DNA from: Eledone cirrhosa | Lineage: Eukaryota | Length of the DNA stretch: 64,000 bases | Assembly (NCBI GenBank): GCA_964016885.1 | Contig: OZ024762.1 | Span: 23,684,001-23,748,000, forward strand | Reading direction: 5' to 3' | Shown here: positions 43,853 to 56,553 of the stretch, one piece after another | How the letters are laid out: each line of letters begins with the position of its first letter | How positions within the stretch are numbered: position 1 is the stretch's first letter | The notes under the pieces: generated by a model | Database searches by the model: none | What the model was told of the DNA's origin: nothing | What the model saw: the letters and a program-made list of their open reading frames with translations, nothing else | Program-made: the position numbers and the translations under genes

Positions 43853-44070
43853 AATTAGTTACAGCGTCCTTCGTCTAATAAACACGGAAAAGAGCACCTG
43901 TGAAGCTGTAATAGTTTTACATACATACACCCACCCACACACCTATGTGTGTAGAGAGAAAGGCTTATGCAATGAAATACCTATGACCGTTGGCAAATCA
44001 CTGATGAGGGACTCATTTTATAACATGTTATCCATGTGCAACCATGCAGTATTCTTCTCCCCATATTTTT

Positions 44071-44107
<37 letters not shown>

Positions 44108-44367
44108 CGGCGATGAATTAGTTTTGCGAGGTTTTTTATATGAAATCGTGTGTCGAAACAGATATTGTTATATTTGGGGAGGGTCATATTTGCGTAATAT
44201 TGCCAGAATTAATAACAGAACACACTCACTGTTTGGTTGGTTTTCGCTTCTCGCTGTCTTTTATATATATATATCTGCGATCTAACTTACTCGGTCCTCA
44301 ATGTTGCCATTGACTGACCGGCGGTCAAAAATAATACAGATACAATATAGACAAACACATATATATA

Positions 44368-44415
44368 TAGTTTACATAAATCTTTCGTTGCACATCTGCA
44401 ACATCGTCAGTGGTG
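44368..44415 (-). ncRNA. Hammerhead core in the 3' region of the Penelope-like element
   Basis: Minus strand: CACCA-CTGACGA-T-GTTGCA GATG TGCAAC-GAAA-GATTT ATGT AAAC-TA, then (TA)n. The 3' strand of stem I is absent. Confidence 0.65.
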
Positions 44416-44676
44416 TTATATTCATTGTTCCTCCTGTTGTGTTGTATGTCTACGCCATTTTTTTTGTTCAGTCTGTCTATATATTTATTTATTTATTTGC
44501 TTGTTTGTTTATCTTATTTTATTTTGTCTTCTTTGCGCATGCGTGTGTGTATAGTGTTATGTGTGATGTGTGACTAGTGTGTATCGTGTTGTGTCTGCTG
44601 GGTGACTAGTGTGTGTTTATGTGCTTGTGTATGTATTTATTTATCTTATTTTATTTAATTTAATTTACTTATTTAT

Positions 44677-45588
44677 TTATACTTCTCTTAGGTCAGTGTT
44701 GTTTGTTTGGGTGTTGTTGTTGTTCCACTCATTCTTTCTGTTTAGCTTTGGTTTTCTAATTTCTATTTCACTGGCCTCTCTGATTTGCCTATCTGCTGGG
44801 TCATTCCTATGTTTAGATATTATTCTAATTTCTATGTTGTCTATGTTACCGTCATGATGTTGTCTAGCATGTTCGTATAGTACTGACCCGTTTTTTCGTC
44901 CTTTTAGTTCCCCCCAGTGTTGGTCTATCCTTTCACCTATGCTACGAGCTGTCTCACCTATGTATGTTGTTGTCGTGTTTCTGCAAGTACCCTCTGTACA
45001 TCTTATGCTATAGACTACGTTTCTAGTTTTACAGTTTATCCGGGGGTTCACCTTACATATGATACATTTCCTATTGGTACAGTGGGTTTTCTTAAAAGGG
45101 TAGGTTTTGCTGATCAGGGATTTTATGGTGGTTCCTGGCTTTTCTACCACCTTTATTTTTAAGTGGGTCTTTCTCAGGGCCTTTCTACACTGGTTAGCTA
45201 ATTTCCCTCCAGGGGTGGCGTCCACAAACATGACACTCTGATATCTCTGGTTGTCGTACCATGATGTGGCCTTCCCTATCTTATGTCTAGCCCTATCTAA
45301 GCTATTCCATGATTTGCTCCTGTATAGTGGGCAAATTCCTTTCATGTCCAGTTCTGTGAGGGTCTTATACTTTTCCATGGCTCCTTCGTATACTCTGACT
45401 CTGTCTCTTTGGTTGTAGCCAGAGAACTGCATGCGGTTGATGAAGTGTTGGATGTGTCCTTCCATTTCTGTTGGGTCGCACATGCTGGACACATTCTTCA
45501 TCACTCGTACCAAATCTGCGATCAGAATATTAAACTTAGCACTACTGGACATTGCTGAGTTTTTGAGTATCAGGTATTTGGAGGCCAT
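44677..45588 (-). mobile_element. 5'-truncated Penelope-like element: RT C-terminus, Cys-rich linker and GIY-YIG endonuclease (303-aa open frame)
   Basis: CTNRKCIIC..NCKTRNVVYSIRC..C..YIGETARSIGERIDQH..LYEH..REASEI..KPKLN. The 5' end abuts (TA)n. Confidence 0.92.
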
Positions 45589-45700
45589 ATATATTGTATA
45601 TATATATATATATACTGTATATATATATATATATACAGTATATATATTGTATATATATATATATTGTATATATATATATATATTGTATATATATATATAT

Positions 45701-46308
45701 ATACAATATATTAATAAATGGAAACTATATTTATAAAACCATAATTATTTCATTATATATATTTCAAGGGCAACCAAGGTAAATTATGGTGCGCTTTCAT
45801 CAGATAAAATACAGATTTGTTTTATAAATAAATATTGACATACCCGGAAAAAAAGACAACCTCAACGGTTTTTCCGGGTATGTCAATATTTATTTATAAA
45901 ACAAATCTGTATTTTATCTGATGAAAGCGCACCATAATTTAACTTGGTCGCCCTTGAAATATATATAATAAAATAATTATGGTTTTATAAATATAGTTTC
46001 CATTTATTAATATATTGTAGGGCGGTGGATTGGCAATATCGGTAGAGGGTCGGGCGCCATGCTTTCCAGCATAGTTATGTCCCTTTACGATCTGAGTTCA
46101 AATCCCGCTGAGGTTGACTTTGCCTTTCATCCTTACGGGGTCGATAAAATAAAGTACCAGTAATGCACTGGGTAATTGCTGGCCTTGTGCCTAAAGTAGA
46201 AACAATTAATATATTGTATATTTACTCGACTACTTTGTTGAGTGCTTTATATCAGTTATAAACATATTTAAGCTTGTTGAATCCCAACAAATTAAATATA
46301 ACCACTGC
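45701..46308. mobile_element. Family C element: palindrome with HHRs at 45746-45811 (minus) and 45910-45975 (plus), interrupted by a SINE
   Basis: Plus: TATTTTAT-CTGATGA-AAGCGCACCA..TGGTCGCCCTT-GAAA-TATATA-TA-ATAAAATA. Arms are ~150 bp, and the tail resumes at 46219. Confidence 0.9.
46020..46204 (+). mobile_element. Full-length SINE family 1
   Basis: tRNA-like head (GAGTTCAAATCCC B-box) and GCCTTTCATCCTTACGGGGTCGATAAAAT core. TSD ATTAATATATTGTA at 46006-46019 and 46205-46218. Confidence 0.92.
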
Positions 46309-46627
46309 ATATATATATATATATATTTTCTTTCCTATTTTTCCCCTTCTCCCCCCCCCCCCCCCTGTTCTTCCTCCTTTCCCTCTATTTCCTTTTCTCT
46401 CCTGTTTTTCTCTTTCTCTCACCTTTTCCACCTGGCCCTTTGATTAATAAAAGGCCTCGGGCGCACCCGAACTACACCGATGTCCTATAATTCAGCGCCG
46501 AAACATCGGTTCGGGATACATTTACAGCTGACGATGGAAACTCCTTTTTCCTCCTGTTCCGTCCTAAACCTTGTGTTTAGTAACCACACAGTTACATAAC
46601 TTTTTGTATATATATATTATATATATA

Positions 46628-46841
46628 TAACGAAGGAAGTGTGGTAAGGAACCAGATGAACCATAACGCACCAGAGTACTCAATACTTAGGGTAGTAGAG
46701 TGGGTAATAGGAAAAAGTTCAAGACCCCGACGGCAGAGCTCAAGCCGTTTCGACGGCTATTTCTGGACTAATTTAGGAATTTTAGCCTGGTAAATAAATA
46801 GCCGAACTTCTCATGGGAAGATAGTAATTATCAAGAGGATT

Positions 46842-46845
<4 letters not shown>
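46628..46845 (-). mobile_element. Family A element with degenerate HHR core (ATGAGAA)
   Basis: Minus strand: CCC-ATGAGAA-GTTCGGCTATTT...AAATAGCCGTC-GAAA-CGGCTTGAGCTCTGCCG-TC-GGGG. Confidence 0.78.
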
Positions 46846-46881
<36 letters not shown>

Positions 46882-46895
46882 TATATATATATATT

Positions 46896-46941
<46 letters not shown>

Positions 46942-47150
46942 TATATATATATATATATTGGTATATATATATTATTATCTATAGACTTTGACTGAGATCG
47001 AAACCCAGAGCAGGATATATATATTGGTATATATATATATATATATATATATTGGTATATATATATATATATATTGGTATATATATATATATATATATAT
47101 ATTGGTATATATATATAGGTATAGGTATATATATATATATATATATATAT

Positions 47151-47185
<35 letters not shown>

Positions 47186-47202
47186 TATATATATATAGGT
47201 AT

Positions 47203-47233
<31 letters not shown>

Positions 47234-47258
47234 GGTATATATATATATATATATATAT

Positions 47259-47319
<61 letters not shown>

Positions 47320-47342
47320 GGTATATATATATATATATATAT

Positions 47343-47381
<39 letters not shown>

Positions 47382-47402
47382 TATATATATATATATATAT
47401 AT

Positions 47403-47487
<85 letters not shown>

Positions 47488-47710
47488 TATATATATATTG
47501 GTATATATATATATATATATATGTAAACGGAGAAAGAGACGATTATTAAGAAGAAAAATATATTTTTTTCCTTTTTTGTTTCTCTCTCTCTCTTTTTTTC
47601 TGGGTTAGAAAATGATGAAAACGAAATGTTTTACTTTGTGTGAAGTGTTAAGGTATTAGTTGATTTATTTATTATTTAACAATGGCACTATTTATATATT
47701 TAATTATTGT

Positions 47711-47752
47711 CTATTACCGGTTTCAGCATTTTTATGCATTATCAAATGATAG
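47711..47752 (-). ncRNA. Hammerhead motif (family J) with U3-A8 core
   Basis: Minus strand: CTATCAT-TTGATAA-T GCAT AAAA ATGC T-GAAA-CCGG-TA-ATAG. Stem I is imperfect. Confidence 0.7.
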
Positions 47753-47924
47753 TGAAATGTATTAGTGTGGTGTCGCACATGTTAAACAGAAGGTGTTAAA
47801 ATACAAAGTGTTAAAACGATCAAATTTTAGTTTAGAACATTTATTTGCTGACAATTGTTTCTTCCAGAGAAGAAATGTTCTCAACTGAAATTTGATCGCT
47901 CATTCTATCTTATTTCTCAATCTT

Positions 47925-47960
47925 TCTTCTGGTGAAGGACTAGCGTCCGAAACGTTAAGA
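47925..47960 (+). ncRNA. Minimal hammerhead motif (family D), A6 changed to G
   Basis: TCTT-CTGGTGA-A-GGAC TAGC GTCC-GAAA-CG-TT-AAGA. Confidence 0.65.
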
Positions 47961-48069
47961 CCCTCTTCCTGCTATATCAAGCGTTACCCTAATATATCCC
48001 TTCCATATACTGTACCGATTGTGTTGTTATTTCTGTTTACCTTTCATATATATATATGTATATATATGG

Positions 48070-48257
48070 TTATACTTTGGTGGGAGGGTCTTGCTGCCAA
48101 TAAAAACACACGCATCTGTTGGTTGCTTCAATAACCGGATGGTTGTTTATTTATTGTTAAAGCTCTTTCGTCACACGTTCTGTGACCTTCTCAGTGACTG
48201 ATTTGTTATTTTGTGTCCCACCTTTGTTCTGTCCTACACCATCTTGTTTTTGAGTGT

Positions 48258-48260
<3 letters not shown>
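48070..48260 (-). mobile_element. Family G element with degenerate HHR (48156-48198)
   Basis: Reverse-complement homolog of 36534-36770: GTCA-CTGAGAA-G-GTCACA..TGTGAC-GAAA-GAGC-TT-TAAC. Confidence 0.75.
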
Positions 48261-48308
<48 letters not shown>

Positions 48309-48444
48309 ATATATATATATTATATATATATCAATTAGAAATATAAGCCATCGCCGTATTTTGACTAAAGAAAATTATTTAGCCTGATAGTGGGGTTAAG
48401 AACCCTCGGAGAAATGTAAAAGATAAGTATTGACGTACATGGGA

Positions 48445-48494
<50 letters not shown>

Positions 48495-48509
48495 TGTATA
48501 TATATATAT

Positions 48510-48665
48510 CATGTTTAATATAGAAATGGCTTCTACACGACTAGAACTGTTTCATTCAAAAGAAATCATCAGGAAAACCATTTCTATATTAAACTTGATG
48601 TTTACACTCTACTAATGTATTGAGTTCTTTACTTGATGTGGTTAACCCCGATTGAACCCAAGACG
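48510..48665. mobile_element. Family B element with inverted HHR segment (48528-48575 minus) and plus-strand tail
   Basis: Minus: TTC-CTGATGA-T TTC TTTT GAA T-GAAA-CAG..GTG-TA-GAAG. A 17-bp inverted repeat GTTTAATATAGAAATGG/CCATTTCTATATTAAAC brackets the segment. Confidence 0.78.
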
Positions 48666-49373
48666 CACGCACACACACACACGCACACACACTCTCTCTC
48701 TCTCACACACAATGGGCTCCTGCTGTGTCTATCTTCCAAATTCCACTCAGAAGCCATTGATCATTGGTTGGTTGTAAACGCTATAATATGATTTGAGGGT
48801 GATGTTGTTGCTATTTCTAACAGGGGAAAATACCACGTAGAGGTTCTCTCGTTGTTCCAATCTACTAGTTTAGTGTTAGCATTAACACTAATCATAATGT
48901 TAATGTTTATTACTTGTACTAGCACCTTCGGGTGGTTTTCTGCTAGCATGTGTAGTGTGTATATTGATATTATACGCAGGTATATATACATGTAGATATG
49001 ATACATCAAATAAAATCGTAATTGACAATATAAACAGAAATTGAACGAAGACTATGTTACACTGTCTTATGTAATCAGTAACGTAATCCATGATACATTA
49101 AAAAAAGACGATATTATATATAAACTGCATTAGGAGAAAATTAGTGACAGAAAATTAGTATGTTTATTTAAGCGATCGCCACCGGAAGTGTTGACATTAC
49201 ACACTCTCTCTTTCTATACATATATGGTAGTTGAAGTGATGGTGGTGGCGACGATATAGCGGAAGTGCAACTTTGAAAAGAAGTCAATTTTAAATTATTT
49301 ATTTTTACGAAATTATTTTTGTTTACGAAATTTAGTAGATAAATTATGTAATATTCATTCATTATTTATTCAA

Positions 49374-49558
49374 GGGCGGTGGATTGGCAGTATCGGTAGA
49401 GGGTTTGACGCCATGCTTTCCAGCATAGTTACGTCCCTTTACGATCTGAGTTCAAGTCCCGCCGAGGTTGACTTTGCCTTTCATCCTTACGGGGTCGATA
49501 AAATAAAGTACCAGTAATGCACTGGGTATTTGCTGGCCTTGTGCCTAAAGTAGAAACA
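49374..49558 (+). mobile_element. Full-length SINE family 1
   Basis: Same head, core and tail as 46020. TSD ATTATTTATTCAA at 49361 and 49559. Confidence 0.92.
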
Positions 49559-49795
49559 ATTATTTATTCAAGTTGGATTACTTTGAATAAATAATTGTTT
49601 CTACGTTAGGCACAAGGCCAGCAATTACCCAGTGTATTACTAAAATAAAGTACCAGTAATACACTGGTTAATTGCTGGCCTTGTGCCTAACGTAGAAACA
49701 ATTATTTATTCAAAGTAATCCAACTTATTTTACTAACGGGATAAAAAGTAACAACCATACACAATCCGCAGACCTTCCTTTATTATAGTTTAGAT

Positions 49796-49984
49796 GGTCG
49801 GTGGATTGGCAGTATCGGTAGAGGGTTGGACGCCATGCTTTGCAGCATGGAGTTACGTCCCTTTACGATCTGAGTTCAAATCCCGCCGAGGTTAACTTTG
49901 CCTTTCATCCTTACGGGGTTGATAAAATAAAGTACCAGTAATACACTGGGGGTAATTGCTGGCTTTGTGCCTAAAGTAGAAACA
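49796..49984 (+). mobile_element. Full-length SINE family 1
   Basis: TSD ATTATAGTTTAGATGG at 49782 and 49985. Confidence 0.92.
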
Positions 49985-50035
49985 ATTATAGTTTAGATGG
50001 CCACAAGTTCTCGTGAGATAAAATGTCAGTTTACG

Positions 50036-50735
50036 TGTTGCTGTTGTTGTTGTTGCTGTTGTTGTTGTCGTTGTTGTTGTTGCTGTTGTTGTCATTGTCA
50101 TTGTTGCTGGTGTTGATGATGTTGTCGTTATTGTTGTTGCGATTGTTGTTGTTGTTATTTTTGTCGTTGTTGCTTTTGTTGTCGTTGGTGTCATTGCTGT
50201 TGTTGCTGTTGTCAATGTTGTTACTGTTGTTGTTGCCGTCGTTGTTGTTGTTGTTGTCACTGTTGTTGTTGTCACTGTTGTTGTTGCTGCCGTCGTTGTT
50301 GTTGTCGTCGTCGTTGTTGTTGTTGTCGTCGTTGTTGTTGTCGTTGTTGTTGCCGTCGTCGTCGTCGTTGTTGTTGTTGTCGTTATCGTTGTCGTCGTCG
50401 TTGTTGTTGTCGTCGTCGTTGTTGTTGTCGTTGTTGTTGCCGTCGGCGTCGTTGTTGTTGTCGTTGTTGTTGTTGCCGTCGTTGTTGTTGTTGTCGTCGT
50501 TGTTGTTGTCACCGTTGTTGTTGTTGTCGTCGGTGTTGTTGTCACTGTTGTTGTTGTTGTTGGTGTCGTTGTCGTCGTTGTTGTTGTTGTCGTCGTTGTT
50601 GTCACTTGTTGTCGTCGTTGTTGTTGTTGTCACTGTTGTTGTTGTTACTGTTGTTGTTGTCACTGTTGTTGTTGTCGTCGTTGTTGTAGTTGTTGTCGTC
50701 GTCGTCGTTGTTGCTGTTGTTGTTGTTGTTGCTGT
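50036..50735. repeat. (GTT/GTC)n trinucleotide array
   Basis: Direct inspection. Confidence 0.95.
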
Positions 50736-51041
50736 CGACTAACTTATAGCTAGAATCTGATTTCTGCTTTAACATCCATCTTAAAAGCGTGTTCGTTCTG
50801 GTTCGAAATTTAAGTACATTCTTGCCTGAAGAAGCAATGTTGTTGTTTTATATGAACAAAAGAAGAAATAACGAAAGGGTGAAGTGTGGTGGGTGGTGTG
50901 GACGGTAGAGTGGATAATGCAAACATACAATTGATTACGTTTCTGTGTAAGAAGAAGTTAGACATTAAACAGAAAGTATTTCCACTTAATTTCAGTCGGT
51001 AAATTTGAAGAGCGAGCCGTAACACGTCTGACCGGCATAAC

Positions 51042-51325
51042 ACATCATCACCATCGTCATTATCATCATCATCATCATAAACATCATTATAGACATCATC
51101 GTCATTATCATCATCATCATCATAAACATCCTTTTCATCACCATCATCATCATCACCATCATTACTATCATCTTCATTATCATCACCACCATCACCATCA
51201 TCATTATAAACATCATCCTCATCATCATCATCATCATCATCACTGTCATCTTTATCATAATAAACATCACCATCATCATCATCGCCATCAGCATCGCCAC
51301 CATTTCATAAAGACCATCATCATCA
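51042..51325. repeat. (CAT)n-like array
   Basis: Direct inspection. Confidence 0.9.
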
Positions 51326-51405
51326 TAATGGTTTCTTTTATTGGACGTAAGGGGCTGGAGATGTAGTGGGGAGAGAAAAGGCGGGAAGAACAGTACAAAT
51401 GCGAA

Positions 51406-51443
<38 letters not shown>

Positions 51444-51445
<2 letters not shown>

Positions 51446-52192
51446 TAGCAGCAGTACCCAGCGTTGCCTGGGTAGGTAAAATAATATCTCCTTTGATGAA
51501 AAGGTGTTGATATTAGCGACTGCTTCTCGATGACTCATCTATAGCCACACACAGGCCATGCGGGGGAGGGTGGTGATGACCTCTATCACTGAGAAACGCG
51601 GGTGACTGACGAAGGAGCATGCTGGGGGAGGGAGGTAATGACCTCTAACACTAAGCCAAATTTCCTCACGCTACTTGATTGGAAACCGATGAAATACACA
51701 ACTAAAAGCTCAGACGACGTCAGTGGCCATCGTTTTGCCTTTGACCATCTATAAGATGTGCAATGATAGGTTCTATCGTAGTATAAAAGTTGAACCAAAT
51801 AAATTGATTTATGTGTGAGGTGGAGCCGAAGTTTCGAATTTGGAGGAAATCGGTTGAAAAATGTGGGAGCTAGAGCCGAAAAGGCGGAAATTTGAGCGAA
51901 AATGTGGTATTTTCGAATATTTAAGCGGCTGCCACGCCATTCCTGCTCAAAATATCCAAAATGTAAAGCCACTTTAAGACGTGAAATAATCAGATCTAGC
52001 GTAGTGTAAAATTTGAACAAAGTAGGTTGATTAATGTGGGAGCTAGAGCCGAAAAATTTGAGTCTAAAAGTGGAAATTTGAGTCCCAAAGTGGTATTTTA
52101 GAATATTTAAGCGGCTGCCACGCCATCCATGTACAACAAATGCAAAATATAAAGCCATTGCAGGATGTGCAATGATACATTCTATTTTGCTT
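51444..52192. mobile_element. Probable non-autonomous Helitron/Helentron-like element running into the gap
   Basis: CTAG terminus (51445) followed by hairpin ACCCAG-CGTTGC-CTGGGT. An internal block ATGTGGGAGCTAGAGCCGAAAA..GAATATTTAAGCGGCTGCCACGCCAT is duplicated at 51861 and 52034. Confidence 0.55.
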
Positions 52193-52392
52193 NNNNNNNN
52201 NNNNNNNNNNNNNNNNNNNNNNNNNNNNNNNNNNNNNNNNNNNNNNNNNNNNNNNNNNNNNNNNNNNNNNNNNNNNNNNNNNNNNNNNNNNNNNNNNNNN
52301 NNNNNNNNNNNNNNNNNNNNNNNNNNNNNNNNNNNNNNNNNNNNNNNNNNNNNNNNNNNNNNNNNNNNNNNNNNNNNNNNNNNNNNNNNNNN
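52193..52392. other. Assembly gap (200 N)
   Basis: Run of n characters. Confidence 1.
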
Positions 52393-52457
52393 ATTATATA
52401 TATATATATTATATAATAATATATATTATATTATATATTATATATTATATATATATA

Positions 52458-55400
52458 TGTCTTGGGTATGACATTAAACTACATCCAGTGGCAAGGCTCC
52501 AGTTCGGGAGTTCAGGAGATGTGGGGAATATGGAGTTACCCCTTAGTTGTCATGACTCCCAGGTCTGCCCTGGCCCGGGGGTGGTAGTACCTGTTAGGGC
52601 TCCATTTATGGGTTAAATAACTACCTTATTCGAGTGGCGCCGGTAAGGTATTGTCAGCCATTGAAAAGAAATATGGAGAGTCGATCTAACAGCACTAGGG
52701 TTAGAGCCCCTAATTACACTGTCAAGGAGCAGCCTGGTCGTTATGACTCTGCTGGCTTAGAGCCACAGAGAGGGCCAGTGGATGATGGATCAGCTGTCTC
52801 TGAGACAAATATAAAGAATGCAGTTTTGTCCTGCAGAAGAGCCATCAAAATGGGCACTTTGAATGTGAGGACTATTCGAACGCTGGAGAAGAGAGAGGAG
52901 TTGGGACATCTGTTCGAGGAGAGTGGTATACAGATACTTGCGATCCAAGAACACAGGATTTCTACACGATGAGCCCGTGAGGGAGTGTGATGATCGGGAG
53001 GAAGAGCCAGCTCATCACTACATCGGCAGTGAAGAACACAACAAATGCTGCAGTAGGAGGAGGTGGGTTTTGTGTTCAGTGCAAAAACCAATCTGTTGGT
53101 GAGGGAAATAATGCCTATCTCCCCGCGAGTGTTGAGGGTGACCTTCAATGGAAACCCAAGACTGACAGTCATCTCAGCCTATAGTCCAACCGAGGGGGAC
53201 AGTGATGTGAATGCCGAGGAGTTCCATGAGGAAGTGTTGTAGAGCTGTCAACACCACTCAGGCACACAATATCCTGCTTGTTTTGGGGGACTTCAATGCA
53301 CATCTGAGTAAGGAGGGCAGTGAAGATCCTTGCTGGTACTTCCATAACAACACCAACCGAAATGGAAGACTACTGAGAGACACCCTGCTGGAGGCGAACT
53401 TGATGGCGACCAACCTAAGGTTTAGGAAGAATCTGGGGAAGATGTGGACCTACATCTCAGATGTGCACCTGTCCAAGTCCCAGATTGATTTCATTCTGGT
53501 GAGGAAAAAGTGGCGGAATAGTGTTCTGAACACGGAACCATACAGCTATTTCAGTACACTGGGTAGTGACCACCGGCTTGTTATGAGTGAGGTCCGCGTG
53601 AGCTTAAGAAAGAGCAAGGCTCAGCCCCGGAGAACAATCTATGACTGGGGAGCTTTCAAGGAAGATGATAAGCTACAGGAGAGGTTCACAGTGGAAGTGA
53701 GAAAACAGGTTTAGTGCTCTGTGTGGAGAGTCAGAGGAGAGAGAGATTGGATGGACTGAGGGAGAGTGTGACGAGGAGGTACGGGCACTTCACCAATGCA
53801 GTGGCGAAAGCAAGTGAAACCCTGGTGCCGAGGAAAAAGAACAAAGGGAAGCACGTCGCTCTGCAGACCCAAAAGTGTGTGCAGCCAGAGAACACCTGAA
53901 AGCTGCCAGGGACCAATTCTATGCTGATCCTACGGAGGAGAGGATGGAGACTGTGGAGGTGATGAGGGAAGAGCTCTGTACCGCTTACACTGAGGTCAGA
54001 GAGGAGGCACTGATAGAGAAGATCAGAAGTGTGGAGAGAGCGGTTGACAGATCTGGATGTAAGGAGAGCTGGATGATCATCAACGAGATCACAGGGAGGA
54101 AGAAAAGGTGTTCGAGTCAGATCCAGGGAACGGGGCCCGAGGATAGGAAGAGGAAATGGCTAGACCATTTTAGGACCCTACTAGGAGAGCCACCCTCCAC
54201 AGCCCAGAGCACTGGGGAGATCAGGCGGCTGTTTGAGGAACTGGATGTTGAGACAGAGCCCTTCACCAGAGAGGAGCTTCAGAGAGCCAAGAAGAAGATC
54301 AAGGAGGGCAAGGCTCATGGAGAAGATGGAGTAGCATCAGAGGTGATGAAGTGGTGTGATTTTGATGATATCATCCTGGGGGTCTGTAACGGGGCACTGG
54401 AGAAGGGAGTTGCCCCGAATCAGTGGAGATCAGTAACATCGTCCCAGTGCCAAAGAAGGGAGATCTCTCTAACACCAACAACTACCGGGGGATCTCACTG
54501 ACGTCACTTGTGGCAAAGACCCTCAACAGGATGATTCTTAACAGGATCCAGCCTGAGATGGAGAAGAAGCTCAGGGACAACCAGAACGGCTTCAGAGAGG
54601 GTAGATCAACCACCAGTCACATCCTGATGCTGAGGAGGATATTAGAGGGAGCTAGAGCAAAGTGCCTTCCTGCGGTCATGGTTTTCATTGACTTTAGGAA
54701 GGCCTTTGATTCTGTGGACCGTTACTGCCTGATGAAGATCTTACAGGCTTATGGAATCCCCAAGAGGATAGTGGACCTGATATCACTGCTCTACACCAAC
54801 ACCAAAGCCCAAGTCATTACACCTGATGGGATGACAGAGTTCTTTGAGATACTGGCTGGAGTGCTCCAGGGAGATACATTGGCTCCCTACCTTTTTATCA
54901 TCGTAGTGGACTATTGTATGCGCCTTGCACTGGAGAAACACCAGGACTCTGGCTTTACTGTAGCACCGGCTCAGAGCAGGAGAGTTTGGGGCGAAAAAGG
55001 TATCGGATGCTGAATTTGCCGACGACATAGTTTTGGTGACAAATACAGTGAAGGAGGCAGAGGATTTGATGCGGGAGGTTGAGACTGTGTCGATGAGTGT
55101 GGGGCTGAGAATGAATGAGACTAAAACAAAATATCTGGTAGAGAATGTTGAGAAGCCAGAGGGGATCACTAATGTAGGCGGGAAGCCGCTGGAATTGGTT
55201 GAGGACTTCCTGTATTTGGGAGCAAAGATTGGGAAATACGGAAGATGATGTGGTTGAGAGGAAGAGCAAGGCCTGGGCAGCGTGCCACAGCTTGAGATCG
55301 GTGTGGAAGTCGGACCTTCGTAGAGACCTGAAAGTCCGCCTCTTCATTGCTGTAGTGGAGTCTGTGCTGCTGTATGGGTCTGAGACTTGGACACTGACCA

Positions 55401-55810
55401 AGAGACTCACTCAGATGGTGGATGGGTGCTACACGAGAATGCTGAGGATGGCTCTGAACATTAATCAGTATACACTGAGGATGAAAAACTCAGAGCTGTA
55501 TGGGAGCCTCCCAAAAGTCAGCTCAAAAGTGACACAGAGGAGACTGAGGTTGGCTGGACATGCTCACCGACATCCAGAGTTGACATTGCACTCCGTGCTC
55601 CTTTGGGAGCCCCTACATGGACACACTGGAAGAGGAAGACCAAGGTTAACATATGTTGATGCCCTAAGGACAGACACTGGTCTGTTGGAGACGCAGGACA
55701 TGGCAGCGATAATGAGGGACAGAGACCGCGGAGAGAACTCGTCCATGGGATCTCGGGAATTGTACCCGCCTTAGAGTGTGAAGAGTAGAGTGTGATAGTG
55801 TGAGTGTAGT
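52458..55810 (+). mobile_element. Near full-length RTE-clade LINE (APE + RT), multiply frameshifted
   Basis: Motifs GTLNVRT, AIQEHR, LGDFNA, IDFILV, SDHRLV, NYRGISL, QNGFR, FIDFRKAFDSV, GVLQGDTLAPYLF, FADD, LLYGSETW, RRLRLAGH and GRGRP, with a GAGT-rich tail. Confidence 0.93.
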
Positions 55811-56074
55811 AGTATGTTTATATGAGTAGAGGTGAGTGTGTGTGTGTGTGTGGTAGTATATAGTATATTATTATTATATAGTATATATAGAGTAGTATAT
55901 AGATATGAGTATTGATTAGGTGAGTGTGAGTGGTGGAGAATATATATATATTTATATTTATATAGATATATATTTAGATAATATATATTATTATATATAT
56001 ATATTATATATATATATTTATATATATTATATATTTATATAGATAGTTTATAGTTATATATATATATATATATA

Positions 56075-56113
<39 letters not shown>

Positions 56114-56284
56114 TATATATATTATATATATATTATATTATATATATATATTATATATATTATATATATTATATATTATTATATATATTATATATATATA
56201 TATATATTATATATTATATATATTATATATATATATTATATATATATATTATATATATTATATATATATATATTATATATATTA

Positions 56285-56316
<32 letters not shown>

Positions 56317-56392
56317 CCAGGAAGCTCCAACCGATAAGGTTGTCTTTTTTCAGGGTATGTCAATATTTATTTGTAAAACTAATTCTGTATTG

Positions 56393-56458
56393 TATTTTAT
56401 CTGATGAAAGCGCACCATAATTTGCCTTGGTGGCCCTTGAAATATGTATAATAAAATA
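56393..56458 (+). ncRNA. Type I hammerhead motif (family C)
   Basis: TATTTTAT-CTGATGA-AAGCGCACCA..TGGTGGCCCTT-GAAA-TATGTA-TA-ATAAAATA, within the (TA)n-flanked element 56316-56480. Confidence 0.87.
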
Positions 56459-56516
56459 AATATGGTTTTATAATATATTGTATATATATATATTGTATAT
56501 ATATATATATATATAT

Positions 56517-56553
<37 letters not shown>

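Noticed and set aside
43995-44177. Possible HHR with long stem II (CTGATGA at 44001, GAAA-CAGATATTG-TT at 44155)
   Set aside because: Stem I is mismatched next to the core and stem II is interrupted by (TA)n. It is too degenerate to call without a family alignment.
46466-46545. Hairpin CCCGAAC..GAAACATCGGTTCGGG and nearby CTGACGATGGAAA
   Set aside because: The core elements are not in a workable order, and the second motif has no stem II.
52458-52640. HDV-like ribozyme at the RTE 5' end
   Set aside because: Some RTE elements have one, but I could not establish the nested double pseudoknot by eye. It needs a descriptor search.
52634-55774. Programmed frameshifting in the RTE ORF
   Set aside because: The many single-base indels next to a gap, in a region with noisy TA repeats, are better explained by decay or low consensus quality.
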